A DNA stretch of 62,528 nt, the filler included, from a bacterium (lineage in GTDB: Bacteria; JBDRGX01): NCBI GenBank assembly GCA_043817485.1. It is 8 parts of 8 records of this genome, joined end to end, with 100 filler letters (N's around TTAATTAATTAA, not from the genome) between each part and the next. Parts side by side here need not be neighbours in the genome. Positions count along the whole stretch, not along the records: positions 1 to 5,266 come from JBDRGX010000130.1; positions 5,367 to 15,442 come from JBDRGX010000131.1; 6 more parts are not named here. The stretch is one strand, 5' to 3'. Position 1 is the first letter of the stretch. Every line of letters begins with the position of its first letter. The notes below the pieces were generated by a model. That model worked only from the letters and a program-made list of their open reading frames with translations. It was not told the origin of the DNA and made no database searches. A program made the position numbers and the translations under genes. Below, in pieces: positions 1 through 10,438 of the stretch.

Positions 1-1
1 A

Positions 2-493
2 AAAGAAGGAATAGAAGTATTTTTAAATCATGGGGTAGTAAGAATAGATGATTTTATAGAAATGCACACAGCTAATATTGAAGGTTGGCCTGATCAAGTC
101 AAAAGATATGCTGGATATGAATGTGAAGGAGGTTGGTTAACTGGATATACGCAATTGTTGGAATGGGAAGGATTAGATAGATTATTATATTATCGTAGAG
201 AATGGCAAAAAATGTTTAAAGAACAAGGACTTATAAATATGGATTTTCCAAAAGAAAAAATGGAATTTATTAAAAGCAAAGTAAATAAAAAACTTCCTCA
301 TATAAATTATATGGTAAATAAAGGATGGCGAAATGCAGATAATGCTTTAATTGACTCTATTTCCAAAAATGAACCTTGTGAAAATGCTGGAGCTATTGAT
401 GCTGCAATATCATTAGCATGCGTTGAAGCTGCCATTGAATCTGGGAAAACACATAACCCAGTTAGTTTAAATTTAAATAGATGGAAAATATAA
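2..493 (+). CDS. C-terminal part of a probable Gfo/Idh/MocA-family oxidoreductase (5' partial)
   Basis: Frame is open from position 2 (KEGIEVFLNHGVVRIDDF). The C-terminal DAAISLACVEAAIESGKTHNPV resembles the Gfo/Idh/MocA tail. Confidence 0.55.
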   Translation, partial: KEGIEVFLNHGVVRIDDFIEMHTANIEGWPDQVKRYAGYECEGGWLTGYTQLLEWEGLDRLLYYRREWQKMFKEQGLINMDFPKEKMEFIKSKVNKKLPHINYMVNKGWRNADNALIDSISKNEPCENAGAIDAAISLACVEAAIESGKTHNPVSLNLNRWKI

Positions 494-555
494 ATTTTAA
501 AAAAAGGAACATAGTTTTTATATCGCAGTATTTTACAACAATTAAATTTTCATGT

Positions 556-595
556 AAAATTAGGGTAAGATTTTATTTCTTGCCCTAATTTTTTT
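556..595 (+). terminator. Rho-independent terminator
   Basis: AAAATTAGGGTAAGA-loop-TCTTGCCCTAATTTT followed by a T-run, downstream of the ORF. Confidence 0.7.
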
Positions 596-778
596 ATATT
601 AAAGAAAAACAAACAATTTAAAAAACATTTAATAATTAAACTAGTAAAAGAAAAAATGCTATTAGAATAGAAAAACTAATTTATCATTTTATATAAAATT
701 ATTGACAAAAGAAAAAATAAAAAATAAACATTCATAAACTAATTTTTTATTTAAAAACAATTGGAGTATTATTTAAAA

Positions 779-2140
779 ATGAAAATTGGAATTATTGGTT
801 CAGGTCCTGGAGGATATGTAGCAGCATTAAGAGGTGCTCAATTAGGAGCTGAAATCGTTATTTTTGAAAAAGAAAATTTAGGTGGAGTTTGTTTAAATAA
901 AGGATGTATTCCTACAAAAGCCATTATTTCTTCCATAAATTTACTTCGTCAAGCAAAAGAATCTGAAAAATATGGGTTAAAAATAGAAAATGTTTCTTTT
1001 GATATTTCTCTTATAATTAAAAGAAGTGAGCAAATTGTAAATCAACTTCGTCAAGGAATAAATTATTTATTAAAAAAAAGAAATGTTAATTTAATTACAG
1101 GTAATGCTAAAATTTTAAAGCCCAATTTAATTGAAATAAAAAATAAAAATGGTAATTTAGAACAAATGGAGTTTGATAAAATAATTATTGCATCTGGAAG
1201 TTCGCCTTTTAAACCTTCATTTTTTCCTTTTGATCAAGATAAAATTTTAATTAGTGATGAAATTTTAAAAATAGAAAAAGTTCCAGAAAGTCTTATTATT
1301 ATTGGTGCTGGAGCTATTGGAATTGAATTTGCTACTATTTTTGCTGAATTAGGAACATCTGTCACTTTAATTGAAATGATGCCTCAAATTTTACCTGAAG
1401 AAGATGATGAAATAGTTGATATTTTGTTTAAAGAAATGAAGAAAAAAATCAAAATAAAAACTAATACAAAAATTGAAAAAATTTCTATTAAAGATGGTTT
1501 TCCTTTAATTGAAACTTCACAAGGAGAAAAATTAAAAGCAGAAAAAGTTTTAGTAGTTGTTGGTAGAGATATAAATAATGAAAGTTTTAAAAAATTAAAT
1601 ATTCTAATGGATGAAAAATATATAAAAACAAATAATAAAATGGAAACAAGTATTTCTGGAATTTATGCGATAGGAGATTTAACAGGTCCTCCATTTTTGG
1701 CTCATAAAGCATCAGCACAAGGAATTGTTGCTATTCAAAATGCTTTAGAAAAAGAAACAATAATGAACAATGTTATTCCTTCTTGTATTTTTTCTTTTCC
1801 AGAAATAGCAAGAGTTGGTTTAACTGAAAAACAAGTTCAAGAAAAAAAATATCAATATAAAATAGGAAAATTTCCATTTCAAGCTATTGGAAAAGCAATT
1901 ACATCTGGAGAATATGTAGGAATGGTTAAAGTTATCGTAGATGCAGAAACAAATAAAATACTTGGAGCTCATATTATTGGAAACAATGCTTCTAATCTTA
2001 TTCACGAAATAGCTTTAGCTATAAAATCAGAAATATCTGTAGAAGATGTAGCAACGCTTATACATGCTCATCCTACTCTATCAGAAGGCATTGCAGAAGC
2101 TTGTGATGCTGTATTCGGGAGACAAATACATTATGTATGA
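779..2140 (+). CDS. lpdA: Dihydrolipoamide dehydrogenase
   Basis: GSGPGG FAD motif, GGVCLNKGCIP redox disulfide, GAGAIG NAD motif and HAHPTLSE. ATG at 779 follows GGAG. Confidence 0.93.
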   Translation: MKIGIIGSGPGGYVAALRGAQLGAEIVIFEKENLGGVCLNKGCIPTKAIISSINLLRQAKESEKYGLKIENVSFDISLIIKRSEQIVNQLRQGINYLLKKRNVNLITGNAKILKPNLIEIKNKNGNLEQMEFDKIIIASGSSPFKPSFFPFDQDKILISDEILKIEKVPESLIIIGAGAIGIEFATIFAELGTSVTLIEMMPQILPEEDDEIVDILFKEMKKKIKIKTNTKIEKISIKDGFPLIETSQGEKLKAEKVLVVVGRDINNESFKKLNILMDEKYIKTNNKMETSISGIYAIGDLTGPPFLAHKASAQGIVAIQNALEKETIMNNVIPSCIFSFPEIARVGLTEKQVQEKKYQYKIGKFPFQAIGKAITSGEYVGMVKVIVDAETNKILGAHIIGNNASNLIHEIALAIKSEISVEDVATLIHAHPTLSEGIAEACDAVFGRQIHYV

Positions 2141-2486
2141 AATAATGATTGAAGACTATTTTTCATCAGCTCATAAATTAAAAGAATATAAGGGTAATTG
2201 TGAAAATCTTCATGGTCATAATTGGAAAGTACAAGTTTTTGTAAAAGGACAAGAATTAGATAAATTGGGAATCTTAGTAGATTTTAGAGAATTAAAAAAA
2301 GAAGTAAAAAATATTTTAAAAAAAATTGATCATATTTATTTAAATGAATTATCATTTTTCAAAAATATAAATCCTACTACAGAAAATATTGCTAAATTTA
2401 TTTTTGATTCTTTAAAAGAAAAAATAAATGTTTTTAAAATATCTGTTTGGGAATCAGAAATTTGTTGTGCTATATATTTTGAATAA
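2133..2486 (+). CDS. queD: 6-carboxytetrahydropterin synthase
   Basis: FSSAHKL, CENLHGHNW and NPTTENIA motifs. Start at ATG 2133 overlaps the lpdA stop. Confidence 0.93.
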   Translation: MYEIMIEDYFSSAHKLKEYKGNCENLHGHNWKVQVFVKGQELDKLGILVDFRELKKEVKNILKKIDHIYLNELSFFKNINPTTENIAKFIFDSLKEKINVFKISVWESEICCAIYFE

Positions 2487-2527
2487 AAATAACAAAAAAT
2501 AATTTATTTAATAATGAGAGATAAAAA

Positions 2528-3280
2528 ATGAAACAAAAAATTTTGTTTATTATTTTTATTTTGTTTATTGTTTTTAAAAGTTATTCTTGGGAAATAACTT
2601 TTACTACAATGACTGGGCTAATTATTACTCAAACAGATCCAGTAGTAGGTGCTAATAATGTAAGTCCTACAACTGGTAAATCTGTTTATTTTTCTCAAGC
2701 AATGGATGAAAGCACTTTAACAATAGAAAATCTTTTTCTTGTTGATTTAAAAACAATGACACCTATAAAACCAGATCATATTACTTATTATTCTTCATCA
2801 AAAAAAGCAAGTCTTATTGGTTTTTCTAAACTTTCTAGTAATGGAAATTATGCTATTGTTATTACTGAAGGAGTAAAAGATATTTATGGAAATTCATTAG
2901 ATAAAAATATGCCTTCTTATACTTCTAATTCTGCATTTGGCAGTGTTTGGATGTATGAATTTTTTACTGGAAATTCTCCAGAAGTAATTTCTACTTTAAT
3001 AGGTGATATTTCTGGAATTGGAACAGGTGGTCAAGAAAATGTACCAGTTGATGCAAAAATATCTATTTCTTTTAATAGGAATATGAATCAATCTTCGTTT
3101 AGTGCTGAAAATATTACAATGAAAAATAAAACAAATAATCAAGTTATTCCGATTACTTTTTCTTATAATTCATCACAACAACTTTTGGAAATTACTTCAA
3201 CAAAAGATTTAGAGTTTTGTACAACTTATATAATTTCTTTAACTAATATTCAAGATAATTCTGGGAATATAATACCATAA
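2528..3280 (+). CDS. Secreted protein with two bacterial Ig-like (Big_5/SbsA-type) domains
   Basis: Signal peptide, then two repeats: P..GANNV...FSQAMD...VKDIYGN and GQENVP...FNRNMN...IQDNSGN. Confidence 0.75.
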   Translation: MKQKILFIIFILFIVFKSYSWEITFTTMTGLIITQTDPVVGANNVSPTTGKSVYFSQAMDESTLTIENLFLVDLKTMTPIKPDHITYYSSSKKASLIGFSKLSSNGNYAIVITEGVKDIYGNSLDKNMPSYTSNSAFGSVWMYEFFTGNSPEVISTLIGDISGIGTGGQENVPVDAKISISFNRNMNQSSFSAENITMKNKTNNQVIPITFSYNSSQQLLEITSTKDLEFCTTYIISLTNIQDNSGNIIP

Positions 3281-3312
3281 TTTAATAAGCTTATGCTTAT
3301 GGGAGAAAGTAA

Positions 3313-3870
3313 ATGTTATCTGCAAATGATTTAAGAAAAGGAAATTTAATTTCACTTGAAGGAGAAATTTTTTCTTGCACAGATTTTCAAAGAACAAAAG
3401 CTGGAAAAGGCGGTGCCTTTATTGATACAAAATTAAAAAACATAAAAACTGGAAAAATTATCAATAAAAGATTTAGATCAGAAGATAAATTAGATAGAGT
3501 TTATTTTGAATCTCGAAAAATGACTTATTTATATAAAAGCAATAATGATTTTATGTTTATGGATAATGGAAGTTATGAACAAGTTTCTATTTCAAAAGAA
3601 ATATTAGGAGATGCTTTAAATTATTTAAAAGAAAATATGGAAGTAGAAGTAAATTATTGTGAAGGTAATATTATTAGCATAGAATTACCATTATTTGTCA
3701 AGTTAAAGGTAATTAATAGTGAACCAGTATTGAAAGGAGATAGAGTTACAGCAGTTATGAAACAAGTAGAATTAGAAACTGGTTATAAAATTTCTGTCCC
3801 AATGTTTATCAATGAAGGAGAGACAATTACTATTGATACAAGAACAGGAGAATATTTAGAAAGAGGATAA
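3313..3870 (+). CDS. efp: Elongation factor P
   Basis: ANDLRKG, GKGGAF, LETG..I.VPMFI.EGE.I.IDTRTGEY. Confidence 0.95.
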   Translation: MLSANDLRKGNLISLEGEIFSCTDFQRTKAGKGGAFIDTKLKNIKTGKIINKRFRSEDKLDRVYFESRKMTYLYKSNNDFMFMDNGSYEQVSISKEILGDALNYLKENMEVEVNYCEGNIISIELPLFVKLKVINSEPVLKGDRVTAVMKQVELETGYKISVPMFINEGETITIDTRTGEYLERG

Positions 3871-3884
3871 TGTTTTATAATATG

Positions 3885-4085
3885 AAAATTCGAAATACGA
3901 ATATAGAAATACGAAACAAATTCGAATAACAAAAATTCGAATGTTCTAAACAAAAAAATACGAATATCATATTTTTAATTCAAAATCATAAACATTTTAA
4001 TTCATTCCATAAGAACGAGATATTGGTAAAAACGAAAAAAATTTAAATAACCAAAATACAAATGTTCAAAACAAATTTGAAATAT
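3885..4085. repeat. Intergenic mosaic repeat (heptamer array plus REP-like module)
   Basis: AAATTCG/AAATACG heptamers at 3885-3965. ATATCATATTTTTAATT...GAACGAGATATTGGTAAAAACG is shared with about 35878, 53561 and 54105. Confidence 0.7.
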
Positions 4086-4161
4086 AAAAATACAAAAAAA
4101 TAAATATATTAAAAAATAAAATCCACAAATTATAAAAATAAAAATTTTAAGGAGATTTTAA

Positions 4162-4605
4162 ATGACAGATATAATATTAGATATAAAAGAAATTCAAAAA
4201 TACTTACCACATCGTTATCCATTTCTTTTAGTAGATAAAATTTTAAATTTAGAACCAGGAAAAAAAATTTGTGGCATAAAAAATGTAACAATAAATGAAA
4301 GTTTTTTTCAAGGACATTTTCCAGATCATCCAGTAATGCCTGGTGTTTTAATTATTGAAGCATTAGCTCAAGTTTGTTCAGTATTACTTCTTTATTCTAA
4401 CAAAGAAATTCAAAAAAAACTTTTTTATTTAAGTGGATTAAATAATGTAAGATTTAGAAAACCAGTATTTCCTGGAGATCAATTAAAATTAGAAGGAGAA
4501 ATAGTAAAAATTAGAAGTAAATTTGCAATAATGAATGCAAAAGCATACATAGAAAATGAAATATCTGCTGAAGCAACTATAATGGCAAGTTTAGTTGAAA
4601 AATAA
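4162..4605 (+). CDS. fabZ: 3-hydroxyacyl-ACP dehydratase
   Basis: LPHRYPFLLVD and FFQGHFP..PVMPGVLIIEALAQ. Confidence 0.95.
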   Translation: MTDIILDIKEIQKYLPHRYPFLLVDKILNLEPGKKICGIKNVTINESFFQGHFPDHPVMPGVLIIEALAQVCSVLLLYSNKEIQKKLFYLSGLNNVRFRKPVFPGDQLKLEGEIVKIRSKFAIMNAKAYIENEISAEATIMASLVEK

Positions 4606-4626
4606 TAAATAAAAAAGGAAAATAAA

Positions 4627-5266
4627 ATGGCTATTCATTCATTATCAATAGTTCATCCAAAAGCACAAATTTCAGAAAAAGCAGAAATAGGTCCTTTTGC
4701 TATTATTGAAAAAGATGTTTTTATAGGAGATGGAACTATAATTGGTTCTCATAGCGTTATTAAACAATGGACATCCATTGGAAACAATAACAAAATAGGT
4801 ATTGGTGTTGTTATTGGAGAAATTCCTCAAGATATAAAATTTAAAAATATAAAAAGTTATTGTAAAATTGGAAATAATAATATAATTAGAGAATATGTTA
4901 CTATTCATCGAGCAACAGAAGAAGAATCTACTACTCAAATAGGTAATGAAAATTTTTTAATGGCTTATAGTCATATTGCTCATAATTGTCAAATAGGAAA
5001 TAAAGTAGTTATAGTTAATTATGCTGGACTTAGTGGTTATGTTTGTGTAGAAGATGAAGCTTTTATTTCTGGACTTGCTGGAATTCATCAATTTGTAAAA
5101 ATAGGTACTTTATCAATAATAGGAGGTCATTCTAAAATTACCCAAGATGTACCGCCTTATGTTATGGCAGAAGGGAATCCAGCAAAATTAAAAGGACTAA
5201 ATGTAATTGGTTTGAAAAGATCTGGATTTTCAGAAGAAACAAGAAATATATTAAAAAAAACTTATA
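4627..5266 (+). CDS. lpxA: UDP-GlcNAc O-acyltransferase (3' truncated at contig end)
   Basis: Hexapeptide repeats, PQDIKF, IREYVTIHR, MAYSHIAHNC, HQFVKIG; follows fabZ. Confidence 0.93.
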
Positions 5267-5366
5267 NNNNNNNNNNNNNNNNNNNNNNNNNNNNNNNNNN
5301 NNNNNNNNNNTTAATTAATTAANNNNNNNNNNNNNNNNNNNNNNNNNNNNNNNNNNNNNNNNNNNN
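5267..5366. other. Artificial contig linker
   Basis: N44-TTAATTAATTAA-N44, giving stops in all six frames. Confidence 0.98.
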
Positions 5367-5435
5367 GAAAAATAAAAAAAATATAATATAAATTTTTTTT
5401 ATAAAAAATAACTTCAAAATATTAAAAAGAAAAAC

Positions 5436-5464
5436 TTGACAAAAAAATAATAAAAAATTATAAA
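5436..5464 (+). promoter_or_regulatory. Sigma70-type promoter
   Basis: TTGACA-17 nt-TATAAA upstream of the ORF at 5495. Confidence 0.5.
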
Positions 5465-5494
5465 ATTAACACAAAGAATTATTTATTAAAGGAG

Positions 5495-6502
5495 ATGAGT
5501 ATGAAAATATTACAATTTTTTTTAGTAATTTTTTTATCAACTAATTTTCTTTATTCAGCACCTTTTAATAAAGGTGGTTTAATTGATATTCCTACAGCTA
5601 ATATTTTAGAACATACTTTTGTAAATGTATATTATGGTATGCAATTTTGGACAGGACAAGGCGATTGGAGCAATTCTTTTGATAAAACAAGAAATGAAAT
5701 AGATTTAGGTGTTAGATTTGGGTTATTTGACCGAGCAGAAATAGGTATTTCCATATTGACAAAAACTGAAGCTTGTTTAAATTTGAATGCAAAACTATTA
5801 CAAGAAAAAGAAATGTATCCAAGTATATCTATAGGAATACAAAATATTTCTTCTAATTCAGATATTTCATCTTATGGAATTGTACAACCAAAAAGCATTT
5901 ATGCATATCATACTATTTATCCTCATTCTCAAAATAATTCTTTATTTATAGTTTTTAGTAAAAAATTAATAGATATGTATAATACACAAATTCATATAGG
6001 TAAAGGTTCTGGACGATTTATTGGTGAATCAACTATATCAAGTAAATTTTATGGTTTTTTTGGTGGAATCCAAATGGATCCATTTCCAAATTTATGTTTA
6101 AAAATAGAAGTAAATGGTAGAGATATGAATATAGGATTAGAATATAGTTTAGAAGAAATTTATTTACCTAAAAATTTTAGATTTGTAAATGATTTTACTG
6201 TTGGAATTGCTTGTAATATGTTTGAAGATCTTATTAGAAAAGAAACTTTAGCAGCTTCTCCATATAAACAACCTAAATTTGGTTTTGCTTTGAATTATAC
6301 TATGGGACCAATTTTTGAACCAATTATTCCTCCAATTAAAAAAGAAGAATTGATTGAAAAAATTTCTCCTAAAGAAGAAGAATTAACTACTTTAGAAGAA
6401 GAATTATTAGAAATTAGAAATAAAAGAAAAAATATCGAAGGAGATATTAATAATTTAAAACAAAAATTAGAGAAAATAGAAAAAGAAGGAAAAAAAGAAT
6501 AA
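5495..6502 (+). CDS. YjbH-domain outer-membrane protein with C-terminal coiled coil
   Basis: Signal peptide, GGLIDIPTANIL (YjbH-like N-terminus), amphipathic beta-strands and an E/K-rich tail. Confidence 0.65.
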   Translation: MSMKILQFFLVIFLSTNFLYSAPFNKGGLIDIPTANILEHTFVNVYYGMQFWTGQGDWSNSFDKTRNEIDLGVRFGLFDRAEIGISILTKTEACLNLNAKLLQEKEMYPSISIGIQNISSNSDISSYGIVQPKSIYAYHTIYPHSQNNSLFIVFSKKLIDMYNTQIHIGKGSGRFIGESTISSKFYGFFGGIQMDPFPNLCLKIEVNGRDMNIGLEYSLEEIYLPKNFRFVNDFTVGIACNMFEDLIRKETLAASPYKQPKFGFALNYTMGPIFEPIIPPIKKEELIEKISPKEEELTTLEEELLEIRNKRKNIEGDINNLKQKLEKIEKEGKKE

Positions 6503-6534
6503 AAAAATTTGGTTAAATTAAAAATAAGAAAAAA

Positions 6535-6577
6535 CAAAAAACTTTTTTATAGTAAAATTTATAAAAAAGTTTTTTTG
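6535..6577 (+). terminator. AT-rich hairpin/terminator upstream of pyrR
   Basis: AAAAAACTTTTTTATA-GTAAAATT-TATAAAAAAGTTTTTT inverted repeat. Confidence 0.5.
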
Positions 6578-6595
6578 TAAAATGGAGAAAATTTA

Positions 6596-7129
6596 TTGGC
6601 AATAGTTATATTAGATAAAATTAGTATTCAAAAAGCTATTATTCGAATTTCTCATGAAATATTAGAAAAAAATAAAAAAATAGAAAATATAGTAATTATT
6701 GGTATTAAAGAAAGAGGCGATATTTTAGCAAAAAGAATTGCAAATTGTATTAACCAAATAGAAAAAGCAAAAATTTCAATTGGTAGTTTAGATATTACTT
6801 TTTATAGAGATGATATTGATTCTTTAAATTATCATCCTAAAGCTCATTCTACAAATATTCTTTTTGATATAAAAAATAAAGATATTATTTTAGTAGATGA
6901 TGTACTTTTTGCAGGAAGAACAATTCGAGCAGCATTAGATGCTTTAATAGATTTAGGTAGACCTAAAACAATTCAATTAGCAGTTTTAATTGATAGAGGA
7001 CATAGAGAATTACCTATTAAAGCTGATTATATAGGAAAAAGTGTACCTACTTCTAAAAAAGAAATTGTAGAAGTATTTCTTGAAGAAATAGATAATGAAG
7101 ATAAAGTAATTATTAAAAAAGAGGAATAA
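6596..7129 (+). CDS. pyrR: Pyrimidine regulatory protein / uracil phosphoribosyltransferase
   Basis: RISHEILE, LDITFYRDD, LVDDVLFAGRTIRAA, DRGHRELPI; TTG start after GGAG. Confidence 0.95.
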   Translation: MAIVILDKISIQKAIIRISHEILEKNKKIENIVIIGIKERGDILAKRIANCINQIEKAKISIGSLDITFYRDDIDSLNYHPKAHSTNILFDIKNKDIILVDDVLFAGRTIRAALDALIDLGRPKTIQLAVLIDRGHRELPIKADYIGKSVPTSKKEIVEVFLEEIDNEDKVIIKKEE

Positions 7130-7131
7130 TT

Positions 7132-8082
7132 ATGCTTTGGAATAGAAAAGATCTTTTAACATTAGAAGAACTCTCTGTACAAGAAATAAATTTAATATTA
7201 GATACAGCTAAAAATTTTAAAGAAATTATTAGTCGTTCTATTAAAAAGGTTCCAACTTTAAGAGGAAAAACAGTGGTGAACCTTTTTTTTGAATCAAGCA
7301 CAAGAACTCGTATTTCTTTTGAATTAGCAGCTAAAAGATTAAGTGCAGATGTTATTAATATTGCAATTGAAACAAGTAGTAAAACTAAGGGTGAAAGTTT
7401 AAAAGATATGGTGAAAAATATTGAAGCTATGAATGTTAATATGATAATTATTAGACATCAATGTAGTGGAGTTCCTTATATTTTAGCTAAACAATTAAAA
7501 TGTTCTGTAATCAATGCTGGAGATGGAAGTCATGAACATCCTACTCAGGGATTACTTGATTTATATACTATTAGAGAAAAAAAAGGAAATATTGATGGAC
7601 TTAAAATAGCTATTGTTGGAGATATTGCTTGTAGTAGAGTGGCTCGTTCTAATATTTGGGGACTTTTAAAATTAGGTGCAAAAATTACTTTAGTAGGCCC
7701 ATCAAATTTAGTTCCAACTGCATTTAAAAAATTAGGTGTTGAAATAAGTTATAATTTAGATGAAGTTTTACCAGAAGTAGATGTAATTAATGTTCTTCGA
7801 TTACAGTTAGAAAGACAAACAAAAGGATTTATTCCTTCTTTAAGAGAATATAGTCATTTGTTTGGGATTACTTCAAAGCGATTAGAAATAGCAAAAAAAG
7901 ATGTTTTAATTATGCATCCAGGACCTATAAATAGAGATGTGGAAATTTCTGGAGAAGTAGCAGATAGTGCTTCTTCAGTAATTTTAGAACAAGTTACTAA
8001 TGGGATTGCTATTCGTATGGCAATTTTATATTTATTATCTGAAATTGGTGTAAAAGAGGAAAGAAATGAAAAAGATAATTAA
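7132..8082 (+). CDS. pyrB: Aspartate carbamoyltransferase
   Basis: FFESSTRTRISF, INAGDG.HEHPTQ, MHPGP. Confidence 0.96.
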   Translation: MLWNRKDLLTLEELSVQEINLILDTAKNFKEIISRSIKKVPTLRGKTVVNLFFESSTRTRISFELAAKRLSADVINIAIETSSKTKGESLKDMVKNIEAMNVNMIIIRHQCSGVPYILAKQLKCSVINAGDGSHEHPTQGLLDLYTIREKKGNIDGLKIAIVGDIACSRVARSNIWGLLKLGAKITLVGPSNLVPTAFKKLGVEISYNLDEVLPEVDVINVLRLQLERQTKGFIPSLREYSHLFGITSKRLEIAKKDVLIMHPGPINRDVEISGEVADSASSVILEQVTNGIAIRMAILYLLSEIGVKEERNEKDN

Positions 8083-9337
8083 ACAAGGAAAAGTGTTTGA
8101 TAATATTAGTAAAAAAGGAGAAGTTTGTGATATTTTAATTGAAGATGGTAAAATTATTGAAATAAACAATTGTATTGAAATTTCTTGTAATGAAGAAATA
8201 AATGCTCAAGGAAAAATTGTAGTTCCTGGTTTAATAGATATGCATACTCATTTAAGAGAACCTGGTAGAGAAGATGAGGAAACAATTGAATCTGGAACTT
8301 GTGCTGCAGCAAAAGGTGGTTTTACTACTGTTGTTTGTATGGCTAATACTATGCCTCCAATAGATAATCAAAGTATAGTAAAATATATTTTAAATCAAGC
8401 TCGATTGAAAGGTTGTGTTAATGTATTTATTGTAGGTGCTATTACTAAGGGCTTAAAAGGGGAAGAACTTGCTGAAATAGAAGAATTAGTAAGATCTGGT
8501 GTTGTAGGAATTTCAGATGATGGATATTCGATTGCTAATACAAAACTAATGTATCATGCAATGAAATATGTTAAAATGTTTGATATTCCAATTATTTCTC
8601 ATTGTGAAGATAGAACACTTTCTGGTTCTGGAGTAATGAATGAAGGTTATTTTTCTTCTATTTTGGGATTACCAGGAATTTCTCGTATGGCTGAAGAAAT
8701 TATTATTGCAAGAGATATTATGTTAGCTCGTTCAACAAAAGCCAAATTACACATTACTCATATTAGTACTAAAGAAGGAGTAGATTTAATTAGACAAGCA
8801 AAAGAAAAAGGAATAAATGTTACTTGTGATACTATGCCACATTATTTTTCTTTAACAGATGAAAATGTATTATCATTTGATACTAATACTAAGGTTAATC
8901 CTCCTTTAAGAACATTTGAAGATGTAGAAGCAATTAAACAAGGTTTGGCTGATGGTACTATTGATTGTATTGCAACAGATCATGCTCCGCATATAAAGGC
9001 AGAAAAAGAATTATTTTTTGAAGATGCACCTTTTGGAATGATTGGTTTAGAAACAGCTTTGCCTTTAGTTATTACAAATTTAGTTGATAAAAATGTGTTA
9101 TCATTAGAAGATGCAATTAAAAAATTAACATTAAATCCATCTTCTATTTTAAATTTGAATAAAGGAAAACTTTCAAAAGGTATGGATGCAGATATTACTA
9201 TAATTGATATGAATCAAGAAATTACTATTGATGAAGCATTTTTTAAATCTAAAAGTAAAAATTCTCCTTTTATTGGGTTTAAATTAAAAGGAAAAGTAAT
9301 GAAAACTTTAGTTAAAGGAAATGTAATTAATATTTAA
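8066..9337 (+). CDS. pyrC: Dihydroorotase
   Basis: DMHTHLREPG, KVNPPLR, ATDHAPH; operon context. Confidence 0.95.
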   Translation: MKKIIKQGKVFDNISKKGEVCDILIEDGKIIEINNCIEISCNEEINAQGKIVVPGLIDMHTHLREPGREDEETIESGTCAAAKGGFTTVVCMANTMPPIDNQSIVKYILNQARLKGCVNVFIVGAITKGLKGEELAEIEELVRSGVVGISDDGYSIANTKLMYHAMKYVKMFDIPIISHCEDRTLSGSGVMNEGYFSSILGLPGISRMAEEIIIARDIMLARSTKAKLHITHISTKEGVDLIRQAKEKGINVTCDTMPHYFSLTDENVLSFDTNTKVNPPLRTFEDVEAIKQGLADGTIDCIATDHAPHIKAEKELFFEDAPFGMIGLETALPLVITNLVDKNVLSLEDAIKKLTLNPSSILNLNKGKLSKGMDADITIIDMNQEITIDEAFFKSKSKNSPFIGFKLKGKVMKTLVKGNVINI

Positions 9338-9358
9338 AATAAAAAAAAGAGGTGTTTT

Positions 9359-10435
9359 TTGCAAAAAGCATTATTAGTATTAGAAGATGAAATGGTTTTT
9401 GAAGGAATTAGTTTTGGAGCTGTTGGAGAAACTTATGGTGAAACAGTTTTCAATACAAGTATGATGGGATATCAAGAAATACTAACAGATCCTTCTTATA
9501 AAGGACAAACAGTAGTAATGACATATCCTTTAATTGGAAATTATGGAATTAATAAAGAAGATTTTGAATCAGATAAAATTTATGTAGAAGGATTTGTAGT
9601 TAAAGAATATAGTGAATGTCATTCTAATTGGCGTGCTTTTGAAAATTTAGATACTTTTTTAAAAAGGCATCAAATTGTGTCTATACAAGGAATAGATACA
9701 AGAGCATTAACAAAACATCTTAGAGAAAAAGGATGTCTTAAATCAGTTATTTCTACTATTGATTTTAACAAAGAACGATTAATTGAAAAAGTGAAAAAAA
9801 ATCCTGGTTTATCTGGAAGAGATTTAGTTAAAGAATTAGAAAAAAAAGAAAAAATTGTATTTTCAACACCTAATTTTAAATTTAGAGTAGTAGTTTTTGA
9901 TTGTGGGATTAAATCTAATATTATTCGAAAATTACAATCTATTGGTTGTGAAGTAATATTAGTTTCAAGTGATACAAAAGCAGATGAAGTTTTATCTTTT
10001 TCTCCAGATGGCATTTTACTTTCTAATGGTCCAGGGGATCCAGAAACAGTTACTTATCTTATTGAAACTGTTAAAAATTTAATAGGTAAAAAACCAATTT
10101 TTGGTATTTGTTTAGGTCATCAAATATTAGGATTAGCTTTAGGTGGTAAAACATATAAATTAAAATTTGGTCATCATGGAGGAAATCAACCAGTAAAAAA
10201 TTTACTAACAGGTAAAATAGAAATTACAGCACAAAATCACAATTTTTGTGTTGATTTAAATACTTTGGGAAATCAAGTTGAATTAACTCATATAAATTTA
10301 TCTGATCAAACTGTTGAAGGTATGCGACATAAAAATCTACCTATTTTTTCTGTTCAATATCATCCAGAAGCTTCTCCAGGTCCTCATGATTCTGCTTATT
10401 TATTTGAAGAATTTGCAAAAATGATGGGAAAATAA
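9359..10435 (+). CDS. carA: Carbamoyl-phosphate synthase small subunit
   Basis: GYQEILTDPSY, SNGPGDP, GICLGHQ, QYHPEASPGP. Confidence 0.96.
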   Translation: MQKALLVLEDEMVFEGISFGAVGETYGETVFNTSMMGYQEILTDPSYKGQTVVMTYPLIGNYGINKEDFESDKIYVEGFVVKEYSECHSNWRAFENLDTFLKRHQIVSIQGIDTRALTKHLREKGCLKSVISTIDFNKERLIEKVKKNPGLSGRDLVKELEKKEKIVFSTPNFKFRVVVFDCGIKSNIIRKLQSIGCEVILVSSDTKADEVLSFSPDGILLSNGPGDPETVTYLIETVKNLIGKKPIFGICLGHQILGLALGGKTYKLKFGHHGGNQPVKNLLTGKIEITAQNHNFCVDLNTLGNQVELTHINLSDQTVEGMRHKNLPIFSVQYHPEASPGPHDSAYLFEEFAKMMGK

Positions 10436-10438
10436 TGG

